Source of the DNA: Octopus bimaculoides
Lineage: Eukaryota
Direction of reading: 5' to 3'
Assembly: GCF_001194135.2 (NCBI RefSeq)
Contig: NC_069004.1
Span: 15,108,808 to 15,140,951, forward strand
Length of the DNA: 32,144 nt
The notes beneath the pieces were generated by a model. It was not told the DNA's origin. It ran no database searches and was given only the letters and a program-made list of their open reading frames with translations. Made by a program: the position numbers and the translations under genes. Within the stretch, counting starts at the first letter, position 1. Every line of letters begins with the position of its first letter. Below, in pieces: positions 1 through 10,258 of the stretch.

Positions 1-4
1 CAAG

Positions 5-271
5 TGTTATATGGACTGTTAGATATGTAATTCGTCTGACGTTCCGTGTGTCATGTGGTTCGTCTGAGTTCATTGTTTCATTGTTGTTGTCTTGTGGGAC
101 TGTCGTAGTAAAATGTCATTGATATATATATATGGCGGACATGACTTTTGTTTATTCATAACGAACATTGGGTGAGTGCGTTCTTTGTATGTAATTGAAC
201 AATAAATGTAATAATTAAATTGTATAACTCGTTATGTTATCTCTGCGAGTCAGTCCGAGGGAAACATAACA
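5..271 (+). mobile_element. Solo LTR (BEL/Pao- or Gypsy-like)
   Basis: Begins TGTTAT and ends ATAACA (6-bp inverted termini); AATAAA near 200; right flank GCAAG (272-276) matches left flank CAAG (1-4, cut by the window edge), consistent with a 5-bp TSD. Confidence 0.75.
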
Positions 272-744
272 GCAAGTGTGAAGGACACAAGACGGATCTT
301 AGACAAAACTCTGTACAAATCATTAGTGTAGCTTTTTCTAACATTTGATATGTATCCAGCCAAGATTGTATGTACATGCATTATAAAGAAGACACAACTG
401 TATTTTAATATAAATTCTTCTCAGCTCAACTGCCCCAATACAATACAAAAATGCATCATATCATAAAAAAATTAGATGTATAATATCATAAAATATATTG
501 CAAAATATTTTATATCAAAGTGCATTTCTGAAAAGATATCACTAAAACATGATAGAATTAAATGTATTTAAATCAAATTAAACCTGTCAAGAGAAAATTT
601 TCTAATACAAACAGGTATGATGGATATTTCTAATTTCGTTAAAAACTCATTCATTACCCATTCATTATTGTGTCCACTTTTGTACCCAACACTATTCCCA
701 GTTTTATTCCTCCTCCTGCAATTTTTTCCTGTTGCCACCAAAAA

Positions 745-1115
745 GCTTGAAAAATAGATGGCTGTTATACAAGAATGGTAACAATGGCTCTGAGTGTTAC
801 ATGGAGAGCTCATTTGACCAATGAGCAGCTTTATCAAGATCTACCCGAAGTGAGTGAGAAGATTCAGCAGAGAAAAATGGGAATTGCTGGTCATTGCATC
901 AGGCACCCAGAAGAACCTGTGTGCCTACTGAAATTATGGCAATCGGCTAAATGAAGAATCAACAGGGAAAGAAAACATCTAACTTATGTGGACAACTTGC
1001 TTCGGGACAGCGTAACGGCAAAAATTGATGAATTAAAAACATGCATGGAGGACCATGATGGATGGCATGCTCACATGAAATCACTGAAGTGTCCAGGACG
1101 ACAGCCAAACTAAAC
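745..1115 (+). mobile_element. Decayed 3' end of an RTE-type LINE ORF2
   Basis: Translates IDGCYTRMVTMALSVTWRAHLTNEQLY...IAGHCIRHPEE...LTYVDNLLRD...MEDHDGW with an internal stop, matching the recalled RTE-clade post-RT C-terminus; ends in an AAACTAAACTAA tail. Confidence 0.7.
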
Positions 1116-1204
1116 TAACAACTTGTATCTGTTTAAGAGAAACACTAACAACATTGGTTGCCCTGGACTAGAAAGGCCTAAGAGCAAAAAAAAACCCCAC
1201 TTAC

Positions 1205-1249
1205 TTTTGTTATGTTCAATCATATTATCCACTGTATGGGGCTGAGAAG
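1205..1249 (-). CDS. POLQ: Probable 3' end of a POLQ exon emerging from the N gap (insert-3 region)
   Basis: Open frame (P)SQPHTVDNMIEHNK followed by a consensus donor A|GTAAGT at 1204; this is the expected position after the 2418-2542 exon. No conserved motif is visible, so the call is tentative. Confidence 0.45.
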
Positions 1250-1854
1250 NNNNNNNNNNNNNNNNNNNNNNNNNNNNNNNNNNNNNNNNNNNNNNNNNNN
1301 NNNNNNNNNNNNNNNNNNNNNNNNNNNNNNNNNNNNNNNNNNNNNNNNNNNNNNNNNNNNNNNNNNNNNNNNNNNNNNNNNNNNNNNNNNNNNNNNNNNN
1401 NNNNNNNNNNNNNNNNNNNNNNNNNNNNNNNNNNNNNNNNNNNNNNNNNNNNNNNNNNNNNNNNNNNNNNNNNNNNNNNNNNNNNNNNNNNNNNNNNNNN
1501 NNNNNNNNNNNNNNNNNNNNNNNNNNNNNNNNNNNNNNNNNNNNNNNNNNNNNNNNNNNNNNNNNNNNNNNNNNNNNNNNNNNNNNNNNNNNNNNNNNNN
1601 NNNNNNNNNNNNNNNNNNNNNNNNNNNNNNNNNNNNNNNNNNNNNNNNNNNNNNNNNNNNNNNNNNNNNNNNNNNNNNNNNNNNNNNNNNNNNNNNNNNN
1701 NNNNNNNNNNNNNNNNNNNNNNNNNNNNNNNNNNNNNNNNNNNNNNNNNNNNNNNNNNNNNNNNNNNNNNNNNNNNNNNNNNNNNNNNNNNNNNNNNNNN
1801 NNNNNNNNNNNNNNNNNNNNNNNNNNNNNNNNNNNNNNNNNNNNNNNNNNNNNN
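1250..1854. other. Assembly gap (N run)
   Basis: Run of N; may hide the AERQAxNT/QGSAAD part of the POLQ exon. Confidence 0.99.
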
Positions 1855-1910
1855 CATACACTGTTTGACAGGATGCTGATTATGTTCCTAAATCTGATGA
1901 GAACAAAACA

Positions 1911-1912
1911 CA

Positions 1913-1955
<43 letters not shown>
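1911..1955. repeat. (TA)n microsatellite
   Basis: Directly visible TA run with one CA interruption. Confidence 0.95.
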
Positions 1956-1994
1956 GTTCATATGGTGATATCTCCACAATGTGTTGATGAGATA

Positions 1995-2145
1995 AACATG
2001 TAATCGCTACCAAAATAGCAAGAGATTTCTCCCCAAAGGTCTATAGTAGACTCCTTATGGATCGATCTCTTTGGTTATATATTAACATGTAATCGCTACC
2101 AGACTAGCAAGAGATTTCTCCCCAAAGGTCTATAGTAGACTCCTT
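1995..2145. repeat. 62-bp direct duplication (1995-2056 and 2084-2145)
   Basis: AACATGTAATCGCTACC...CTATAGTAGACTCCTT occurs twice with 2 mismatches and a 27-bp spacer. Confidence 0.95.
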
Positions 2146-2417
2146 CAATAATAATGGATATTAGCATCAAAACTCTCGTTTAAATTTTTGATATATACAT
2201 ATATATATATATGTTTTTCTTTTATTTATTGGTAGAATAAGTATTTTTATATAAATTCATTTGATATTTATTGTTAGCCGATATATATACAGGCGTTTCC
2301 TTTGACTCCTAATTAAGACCAAATTAGTCATAATATATATATGGGTCACTGGAGAGAAAAGGTTGAAACCATCCACATTGGGATAACCAAAGGCAACCCC
2401 ACAATAAAATTACTAAC

Positions 2418-2542
2418 CTGAAGTTTAGAGTATGAATTAGAACTGCTTATATTGGGTAAATAGCGTTTTCTGCCAGTAATTGTTTTTACATAGCCATCTT
2501 GTCTGCACTGTTTTACAGTATTTTGAATGTAAGATTTCATAC
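2418..2542 (-). CDS. POLQ: POLQ exon, polymerase domain (GMKSYIQNTVKQCRQDGYVKTITGRKRYLPNISSSNSYSKLQ)
   Basis: PolA-family GYVxTxxGRxRYLP motif; acceptor TTGTAG|, donor |GTTAGT; 125 nt, phase 1 to 0. Confidence 0.95.
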
Positions 2543-2871
2543 CTACAAAACAATAACAATCAAGATCAAGAAACAAGGGAAAAAAATAATAAACATTTAA
2601 ATGTGATTAACCCATTTGATACCAACCTGCCTGAAATCGCCTCTAGCTCTGTAAGTACAAATGTCCACCAAACCTTAGTCGTAATTTATGTTCCTAACAC
2701 TAGTTTAATGATAACTAAGTTATTTTACTAAATTCTTTGTTATATTTAAAATTAATTGAAAGAAACACAAAGTATCTCAAAAGAAATATGGTAACAAAAG
2801 GGTTGAATAACTGCAATGAGTTGTTGATATAATTTTTCTAATTAATCTCATCTTTGAAGACTAACCTTTAA

Positions 2872-3005
2872 ATCCATTAGCATTCAGATTACTCTGTCAA
2901 ACGGAATGTTTGTTTATTCACATTGTTTTGAATTAATCATGCATTATCACGTAACTTGAGAATTCAATGATATGATTGTTTATTTTTAGACTAACATAGT
3001 CAGGT
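2872..3005 (+). mobile_element. Partial copy of the piggyBac-like MITE family (cf. 13036-13254)
   Basis: TAGCATTCAGATTACTCTGTCAAA...TTGTTTTGAATTAATCATGCATTATC is shared with the 9226 and 13036 copies. Confidence 0.7.
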
Positions 3006-3039
3006 TGAGAATCACTGATTTAAATATAAGGAAAATTAT

Positions 3040-3290
3040 ACAATTCCTAATGATATCTAATTATAAAATTATTACGGGATTTTTTTAAACATTGAATNNN
3101 NNNNNNNNNNNNNNNNNNNNNNNNNNNNNNNNNNNNNNNNNNNNNNNNNNNNNNNNNNNNNNNNNNNNNNNNNNNNNNNNNNNNNNNNNNNNNNNNNNNN
3201 NNNNNNNNNNNNNNNNNNNNNNNNNNNNNNNNNNNNNNNNNNACAAGATTCAAAGGGGTCTATAGGATAAAATGGTTGAGAACCAATACA
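3040..3290. mobile_element. hAT-like MITE remnant spanning a gap
   Basis: Shares AAAATTAT..GGGATTTTTTTAAACATTGAA and a GGTTGAGAACCA terminus with 7406-7597; the other end is not seen. Confidence 0.45.
3098..3242. other. Assembly gap (N run)
   Basis: Run of N. Confidence 0.99.
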
Positions 3291-4466
3291 GCTAATGGAA
3301 TTTTGCCTGCGTTCTGACATGTAAAATTAGAAAAGATAATTTGAGAAATTGCTTCATAATTCTTTTGAAATATGTTGGCTTGGGAATTCATTCCATCAGA
3401 TTGACACTAATAGACATGTGCCAGTCTCTGACCCCTGGTGTGCTGTCTCCTCTTTCTGTCTTACTACCATAATGGCCTCTACTCTTTGGAGGTGGATTGT
3501 TTCATACTTTTACCACTCAAGCATCCCTCAACTCACTTGTCTCTCCACCTCTTGTTGTGTTTAAATTTCTTATCTCTGCACTAATCACTATGTCCAGTCC
3601 TTTCTCCCTCGAACATTCATGTTTTGGAATTTTCTTTTCCTTTGTGTATTTCCTTTGTCCTGGGATCTTAGTATGGGAGTTCCAGGGTTTTGCAGAATGA
3701 GGAACTACCTTTTAACCACTATTGTTCCCGAGTCTACTCTGACCTGGAGTGGTAGCTATGTTTGGGTCCCAGCTATGGGTTAACTAGCATGTGTACCACC
3801 TGCTTCAAATCCAAGCTACAGATGCATCGCTAAGCAGCAGTGACTTGGTTAGTGAATCCTCTGCGATGGTCAATAATCGACAGCAAGATGAACTGCCATG
3901 ATCACGCCATCCCAAAGTGTGTATGCATGTGATCTGGGACCACACATGAACTTGTATTCCCACTGAAACTCCAAACATGAACTCTACACCTCAACAACAA
4001 ATGTGGACTACATTTATGGGGTCCACACTATTCAACATGTTTGCTCTTCCAGTGGGGCATTTGTCAAATTTGTAATCTGGATTTTGGGGCTGCAGTCAGA
4101 AGCATTACTTTGCCTACTGGAATGTGAGGCATTTGTGAGGGACATGGTGAACTTGTTGGTTGGAGTCAGCTCAACCTACCCTACGTCTTTCCTGCATGTG
4201 TTGATCTGCAGCAATTTAAGTAGAATGTTAACAGCATCAAGCTCACTGGGGGCAGAAGCAATAGCCCTTCTTCCAAACACTAAATGTAAAATCTAAATGT
4301 TGAAAGTATACATTCTAAACATGACTACCTGTAATACAGCCTACAGCTGCAGACATGTCCAGAAATAAGACTCTTGATGACAAATGGAGATTAAAATGAT
4401 TTGAGCATAATGTAAATATTAATCTTGAAAAGCATTTTTTCTTCTCCTAAAATTTCATCTCAAATT

Positions 4467-4936
4467 GTAGAGGGAACGTATGGAAGGGGTAGACCAAGGA
4501 AGACATGGGACAAAGTGGTGAGAAAGGAACTTCAAATATTGGGCCTCACAGAGGGGATAACAAGGGACTGAGATTTCTAGTGGTTTGTTGTGCTTGAGAA
4601 GACACATCAAGCTATGTAAAATTATGGTTGTCCGTTCATACAGGCATTGTCCTTTGCATCCCTCATCAGCTGAGTGGTCTTAATCTTGTGGGCTCATGGG
4701 TGCTGGTGCCACATAAAAAGCACCTGTACCAGTGTCATGTAAAAGTACCCATACCAGTGCTGCATAAAAGCACCCAGTATATTGTGTAAAGTGGTTGGCA
4801 TTAGGAAGGGCATCCAGCCATAGAAACCAAGCCAAAACAGACATGGAGCCCAGGTAGCTCTTCAGCTGGCCAGCTCCTGTCAAACTGCCTAACCCATGCC
4901 AGCATGGAAAATGGATGTGAAATGATGATGATGATG
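4467..4936 (+). mobile_element. RTE-type LINE 3' end: ORF2 C-terminus plus 3' repeat with (GAT)n tail
   Basis: EGTYGRGRPRKTWDKVVRKELQILGLTEGITRD, followed by the GTTGGCATTAGGAAGGGCATCCAGC core, AACCCATGCCAGCATGGAAA and GATGATGATG. Confidence 0.75.
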
Positions 4937-5021
4937 TCAAAATAATTATAATTTTATTAATTAAACTTATTTCAGTAAACTGCCAAATGAGATATTATGT
5001 GACTGTCAAAATTTTACTAAC

Positions 5022-5117
5022 CAGGGTATTTAGATTTGAATGTTTCCATGAAGACTGTAGCATCATTTTCCTCTACATTTAATGCTTCACCCAAAGCCTT
5101 GGCGCCAATGCCATATA
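5022..5117 (-). CDS. POLQ: POLQ exon (5' part lost in gap), motif B/O-helix region YGIGAKALGEALNVEENDATVFMETFKSKYP
   Basis: PolA motif B YG; donor G|GTTAGT at 5021; phase 1 matches the 2542 exon. Confidence 0.93.
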
Positions 5118-5778
5118 NNNNNNNNNNNNNNNNNNNNNNNNNNNNNNNNNNNNNNNNNNNNNNNNNNNNNNNNNNNNNNNNNNNNNNNNNNNNNNNNNNN
5201 NNNNNNNNNNNNNNNNNNNNNNNNNNNNNNNNNNNNNNNNNNNNNNNNNNNNNNNNNNNNNNNNNNNNNNNNNNNNNNNNNNNNNNNNNNNNNNNNNNNN
5301 NNNNNNNNNNNNNNNNNNNNNNNNNNNNNNNNNNNNNNNNNNNNNNNNNNNNNNNNNNNNNNNNNNNNNNNNNNNNNNNNNNNNNNNNNNNNNNNNNNNN
5401 NNNNNNNNNNNNNNNNNNNNNNNNNNNNNNNNNNNNNNNNNNNNNNNNNNNNNNNNNNNNNNNNNNNNNNNNNNNNNNNNNNNNNNNNNNNNNNNNNNNN
5501 NNNNNNNNNNNNNNNNNNNNNNNNNNNNNNNNNNNNNNNNNNNNNNNNNNNNNNNNNNNNNNNNNNNNNNNNNNNNNNNNNNNNNNNNNNNNNNNNNNNN
5601 NNNNNNNNNNNNNNNNNNNNNNNNNNNNNNNNNNNNNNNNNNNNNNNNNNNNNNNNNNNNNNNNNNNNNNNNNNNNNNNNNNNNNNNNNNNNNNNNNNNN
5701 NNNNNNNNNNNNNNNNNNNNNNNNNNNNNNNNNNNNNNNNNNNNNNNNNNNNNNNNNNNNNNNNNNNNNNNNNNNNNN
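5118..5778. other. Assembly gap (N run)
   Basis: Run of N truncating a POLQ exon. Confidence 0.99.
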
Positions 5779-5844
5779 TACAAGGAAAATAGTCATTTTG
5801 ATATATTTCTATCACCAGAGAGATTCTTTGGGGTTTGAATAGAT

Positions 5845-6702
5845 GTAACAAAAGCAAAGTCTGAAGGAAATATTAGTCATTTTCTTCACCCTTTCTAGAG
5901 GGAAGCAAATAGGAAATAACAGTTGCTACCCAAGGACAAAAATTGCTTTTGTTACATTTATTCAAACCCTAAAGAATCCCTCTCAACACATGGCTATGAT
6001 GCTCTCCCACTACTCTTGCTCATCATCAGAGATGAACATATTGTCAGCCACTAAGGAACATATTCAAGTGGTTAAGGTCAAGCAACTGACAAGCAAATCT
6101 CTGGTATTGAGCTGAATATTTGCTATAATGATATTTCTGCTTCAGCAACTCAGTGCTGAATCTGTCTGAAATGTAATGGGAAATAGGTCAGCTTTCAAAA
6201 TATTGATGTCCAGGTGACAAAAGCAAAGTTTGAAGGGAATAGTAGTCATGACCTTTGATTTTTAGACAGACACAAATAGGAAATAACACTTTCTGACTAA
6301 AGACCAAAAACAATAAAGATTTTGTTACACAGTGTATTCAAATCAGTGCACAGATTTAGGTCAAAAAGTTTTCAAAAACACATACAACAAACAGTGCCAT
6401 ACCATGTTATCTTCAGACTGGTTGGAATTTCTGTGTGTATCACAGACAGGTTTTAATACAAGTTACACATATGTCCTATTATATGCCGATTAATATGTAT
6501 ATTATCTAGGGAAATATATGTACGTGTGGTAGGATAGATGGATGGATGGATGGATGGACGGACAGACAAATGCATGCTGCATGCATGTGTATATGTGTCC
6601 AAGTGACAAAAGCAAAGTTTGAAGAGAATAGTAGTGATTTCCTTTGATTTCTAAATAGAAACAAATAGGAAATAACACTTACTGACCAAAGACAAAAGCA
6701 AA
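5845..6702. repeat. Three dispersed copies of a ~100-bp unit (5845-5942, 6214-6310, 6603-6702)
   Basis: Shared GTRACAAAAGCAAAGTYTGAAG...CAAATAGGAAATAACA...AAAGAC.AAAA. Confidence 0.85.
5950..6172. mobile_element. Interspersed repeat (SINE-like), family unassigned
   Basis: Higher-GC block between local repeat units that resembles a recalled cephalopod repeat; single copy in the window. Confidence 0.35.
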
Positions 6703-6707
6703 TTTAA

Positions 6708-6917
6708 CCCTTTAGCATTTAAACCGGCCATATCTGGCCAAAAGTATTCTGCCTGTTTTATGTTCAAACTGGCCAGATCTGGTCTCTCACACCAACCCTA
6801 CAATATTGTTTTAAAAATTAATAGTTACCTCATAGCTACAAGTTAATGTATGATTAGTTCAAAACAATGTAGATGAAAAAGCATTAATTTTGGCAGAATA
6901 ATGCGAACACTAAACGG
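6708..6917 (-). mobile_element. piggyBac-like MITE (TTAA-flanked)
   Basis: TTAA|CCCTTTAGCATT...ACTAAACGG|TTAA; reverse complement of the 9226 and 13036 copies. Confidence 0.8.
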
Positions 6918-6939
6918 TTAAATTTTGTTACAGTGTAAT

Positions 6940-7405
6940 NNNNNNNNNNNNNNNNNNNNNNNNNNNNNNNNNNNNNNNNNNNNNNNNNNNNNNNNNNNNN
7001 NNNNNNNNNNNNNNNNNNNNNNNNNNNNNNNNNNNNNNNNNNNNNNNNNNNNNNNNNNNNNNNNNNNNNNNNNNNNNNNNNNNNNNNNNNNNNNNNNNNN
7101 NNNNNNNNNNNNNNNNNNNNNNNNNNNNNNNNNNNNNNNNNNNNNNNNNNNNNNNNNNNNNNNNNNNNNNNNNNNNNNNNNNNNNNNNNNNNNNNNNNNN
7201 NNNNNNNNNNNNNNNNNNNNNNNNNNNNNNNNNNNNNNNNNNNNNNNNNNNNNNNNNNNNNNNNNNNNNNNNNNNNNNNNNNNNNNNNNNNNNNNNNNNN
7301 NNNNNNNNNNNNNNNNNNNNNNNNNNNNNNNNNNNNNNNNNNNNNNNNNNNNNNNNNNNNNNNNNNNNNNNNNNNNNNNNNNNNNNNNNNNNNNNNNNNN
7401 NNNNN
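6940..7405. other. Assembly gap (N run)
   Basis: Run of N; candidate location of the missing motif-A exon. Confidence 0.99.
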
Positions 7406-7597
7406 CTGCAATAAAATTGGTTATATTTCTACAATACACAAAATATATTCACAATTGTTTTTTATACAATTTCTTATAATATTTAATTCTAAAATTATAA
7501 TGGGATTTTTTTAAACATTGAAAGGGTCTATGAGGGCCCACATGAGTAAAATAGGAATCAAAGCGCCCCATGGGTAAAAACAGGTTGAGAACCACTG
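7406..7597. mobile_element. hAT-like MITE remnant
   Basis: Ends CAGGTTGAGAACCACTG (reverse complement of a CAGTGGTTCTCAACC-type hAT TIR); similar to 3040-3290. Confidence 0.55.
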
Positions 7598-7695
7598 CGT
7601 CATATAAAGCAAAACAAGATACTGTGCAAATAAGATTAAAAAAAAGTTTCAGAAAATAAAAATTAATTAAACTATCATAAAATAAAGGTATTTAA

Positions 7696-7823
7696 CCTTT
7701 AGCATGTTGAACGCATCATGTCACCATGTAAGTTTTCCTCTCCACTCGATGCAACACAAAGTGCCTACAACTACAGGAGAGTAAAATTACACGGCAACAT
7801 GATGCACCTAAGTATGCTAATGG
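7696..7823. mobile_element. 128-bp foldback piggyBac-like MITE
   Basis: TTAA|CCTTTAGCAT...ATGCTAATGG|TTAA plus imperfect subterminal inverted repeats GCATCATGTCACCATGTAAGTTTTCCTCTCC / GGAGAGTAAAATTACACGGCAACATGATGC. Confidence 0.75.
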
Positions 7824-8024
7824 TTAAATTTTCTTTTCTTTTCTTAAATCAGTTGCAATAAGATTTCAGACAAACCTTTTCTTTATATTTGGATGCTCAT
7901 ACTGAACCATGAGAGAAATTTTTATTAAATATTAGCAGCCTTGCTCGAGTTTAATATCTAAAATAAATGTAATAAGATAAATTCCTCTACAGCAAGACAC
8001 CTGTTTCTGTCCCTCTGTTAAACT

Positions 8025-8384
8025 CTAACCTTTCATCACCTGGCACAAGGCCACCTCCTCCAATACCTCATCTCTCAAAGGATCTGTCTTGCAAGTTACT
8101 TGGTGGTGACACATAAACTGCATCCATTCCACACTGCAAAATGGTTGGCATTTGGAAGAGCATCCAGCTGTAAAAAACCACACCAAAATAGATCTCACCA
8201 GTGCTGGTGTCACGTAAAAAGTACCCAGTCCACTCTGTATGGTGGTTGGTGTTAGGAAGGGCATCCAGTTATAACAACCATGCCAAAACAGACGACTGGA
8301 GTCTTCTACCAAGCCAGCTCCTGTCAAATTATCAAACCCATGCCAACATGGAAAACAAATGTTAAATGATGACTATGATGATGA
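8025..8384 (+). mobile_element. RTE-tail repeat copy with duplicated core
   Basis: Two GTTGG..T.GGAAG.GCATCCAG cores in tandem, CCCATGCCAACATGGAAAA and a GATGA tail. Confidence 0.75.
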
Positions 8385-8513
8385 AATTCACATTTTGGAT
8401 AAATTACTTTAAAATAAGACTTTTTACATGGTACCATCACCAGTGTTTTCATGGCACCATCACCAATGCTTTTTATATGGCTCAAGCACCAGTGCTAAGT
8501 TATCTATTTAAAG

Positions 8514-8697
8514 CAATGCTCTGCAACCGGTATGCCATGGCACACTGGTGTGCCACTAGATGATGCTAGGTGTGCCACAATGTAACCTGAAGATAATTCT
8601 TTCCCATACTTTTAGCTCTATTTCTAGTTCAGGTGTGCTGCCAAATTTTGAAAAGAATATAAGAGTACCGCAAGTGAGAAAAGGTTGCCAAGAACTG
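8514..8697. mobile_element. hAT-like MITE (184 bp)
   Basis: Imperfect TIRs CAATGCTCTGCAACC / GGTTGCCAAGAACTG; 8-bp TSD ATTTAAAG / ATTTAACG. Confidence 0.75.
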
Positions 8698-8787
8698 ATT
8701 TAACGCAAAATCCAGACATTTTAATCATGCTTAAGGGCTGCAAAGGCTACAGATTATTTGTCTTTTGTCTGAAATAACATAGATTAC

Positions 8788-8922
8788 CTTCAAAAGGAAC
8801 AAAAGCATTTCTCATGCTGACAGCAAAAGACTGACCACAATTGGATTTCGTCTGTCGCTTACAATGACGATATTTTGATTTTCTTGAATCAGGAACAGGG
8901 ACAGGAGTTTCCTTTATTACAT
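8788..8922 (-). CDS. POLQ: POLQ exon, insert 2 (DVIKETPVPVPDSRKSKYRHCKRQTKSNCGQSFAVSMRNAFVPFE)
   Basis: SMRxAFVPF motif of Pol theta just before motif A; TTTTAG| and |GTAATC; 135 nt, phase 1-1. Confidence 0.93.
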
Positions 8923-9225
8923 CTAAAAATATAAATTGTTTCCAGTATTTTGGTGATAATTCTAAAACCATTAAAAACTAACAAGAAATATGGATAAAAT
9001 ACAGAAAGTAGGTAATAATTGTTGTTATTATTCAGCCCCAAGATCTAGCAGGCTTTTAATCAAAGGTGTTTCAATCATGATCATTGTTTATTATTTAATC
9101 GATGTCCAAGACACTATATTACATAATGTAGTTATCTGCTATTTCTAGCAGTTTAAGTGACCATGTAGAAGCTTCTTTGTTGACATGTTGATGATAATGA
9201 TGATGACACCAACATGATTGCTTAA

Positions 9226-9446
9226 CCCTTTAGAAATCAGATTACTATGTCAAAAGTAGTACTTTTTATATTCATATTGTTTTGAATTTATCAAATATTA
9301 TCTTGTAGCTTTAAAATTTCAATGACATGATTATTTATTTTTAGAATGACATTGTAGGGTAGGTGTGAGAGGCCTGATCTAGTCAGTTTGACCATAAAAC
9401 AGGTAGAAGATTTCAGCCTGATATGACCGCTTTGAATATAAAAGGG
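9226..9446 (+). mobile_element. piggyBac-like MITE
   Basis: TTAA|CCCTTTAG...AAAAGGG|TCAA; interior similar to the 13036 copy. Confidence 0.8.
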
Positions 9447-9539
9447 TCAAGTGCACAAGAGTGATGAATAAATAAGTGAAGTAAAGCCTTTGATCATTAG
9501 TCTGGATTAATCAAGGTTGATCTGGGCGAAGAGTAGGAA

Positions 9540-9594
9540 CAACAACAACAACAACAACGATGTCAACAACAACAACGACAACAACAACAACAAC
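9540..9594. repeat. (CAA)n microsatellite abutting a splice donor
   Basis: CAA run with CGA/TGT interruptions ending about 4 nt from the GT at 9598. Confidence 0.95.
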
Positions 9595-9598
9595 TGAC

Positions 9599-9968
9599 CT
9601 GGCAGATCAATTTGAAAATCTTTGGGAATGTTCTGAAGATTTGGGTCAAACATACTAATGCGTCCAGTTGCTGTGTGAAGCTGGCAAATACTGAATATCC
9701 GATACATGTTCATTTTGGCTAAGTGTACCTTAGCTTTTAATAGCGGAAATACAACTTTCGTGAGTGAGTTTGTAATTTGACGCCATTCTACGATCACACT
9801 TGGCAATCCATGATACACTTTGAGCTTTTCAAGGATTTGTTTGGAAGTGCTGAAATGAGATTTAAAACCTGCATGCCTTCTTTTTGGTCCCAGAGTTTTA
9901 TAAGGTACTTTTGAACCAGCAGTATTTGGGTTACCATTTACAGGTAGTTGTAGTTCAAGATACAGAAC
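9599..9968 (-). CDS. POLQ: POLQ exon, thumb/insert 1 (VLYLELQLP...FSTSKQILEKLK...EWRQITNSLTKVVFPL...TATGRISMFDPNLQNIPKDF)
   Basis: PolA STSK, TATGR and PNLQNIP motifs; TTTTAG| and |GTCAGT; 370 nt, phase 0 to 1. Confidence 0.97.
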
Positions 9969-10258
9969 CTAAAAACAAAAAATAATCATAACCAAAATCA
10001 AGATTAAAATTAAAGGTATGCAAAACGACACCCAACACTCTCTCTTACCATGATCTACCTTCAACCAATCGCTTTCTTTTTCATTCCCTCCTCCCCATCT
10101 CTCTCTCTCTCTCTCTCTCTTCCTCATTATCACAGATCACTCTCTGAAAGAACATGTTAAACTTGGTAAAACATGAGAGAAAGAAGCCTAGCTGTTTTTT
10201 TGCAATAAATACATTTAAATCAAAATTTTATCAGGGACCCCTAAAATAATGCTGTAGA

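Noticed and set aside
3700-4400. Higher-GC block including the 97-aa ORF 4003-4296
   Set aside because: No recognisable protein, rRNA or TE motif in the frames I read; probably an old repeat, left unannotated.
1110-7479. Long ORFs full of X in the ORF track (1110-1979, 5017-5857, 6884-7479 and others)
   Set aside because: Artefacts of N runs lacking stop codons; only the flanking real exon pieces were kept.
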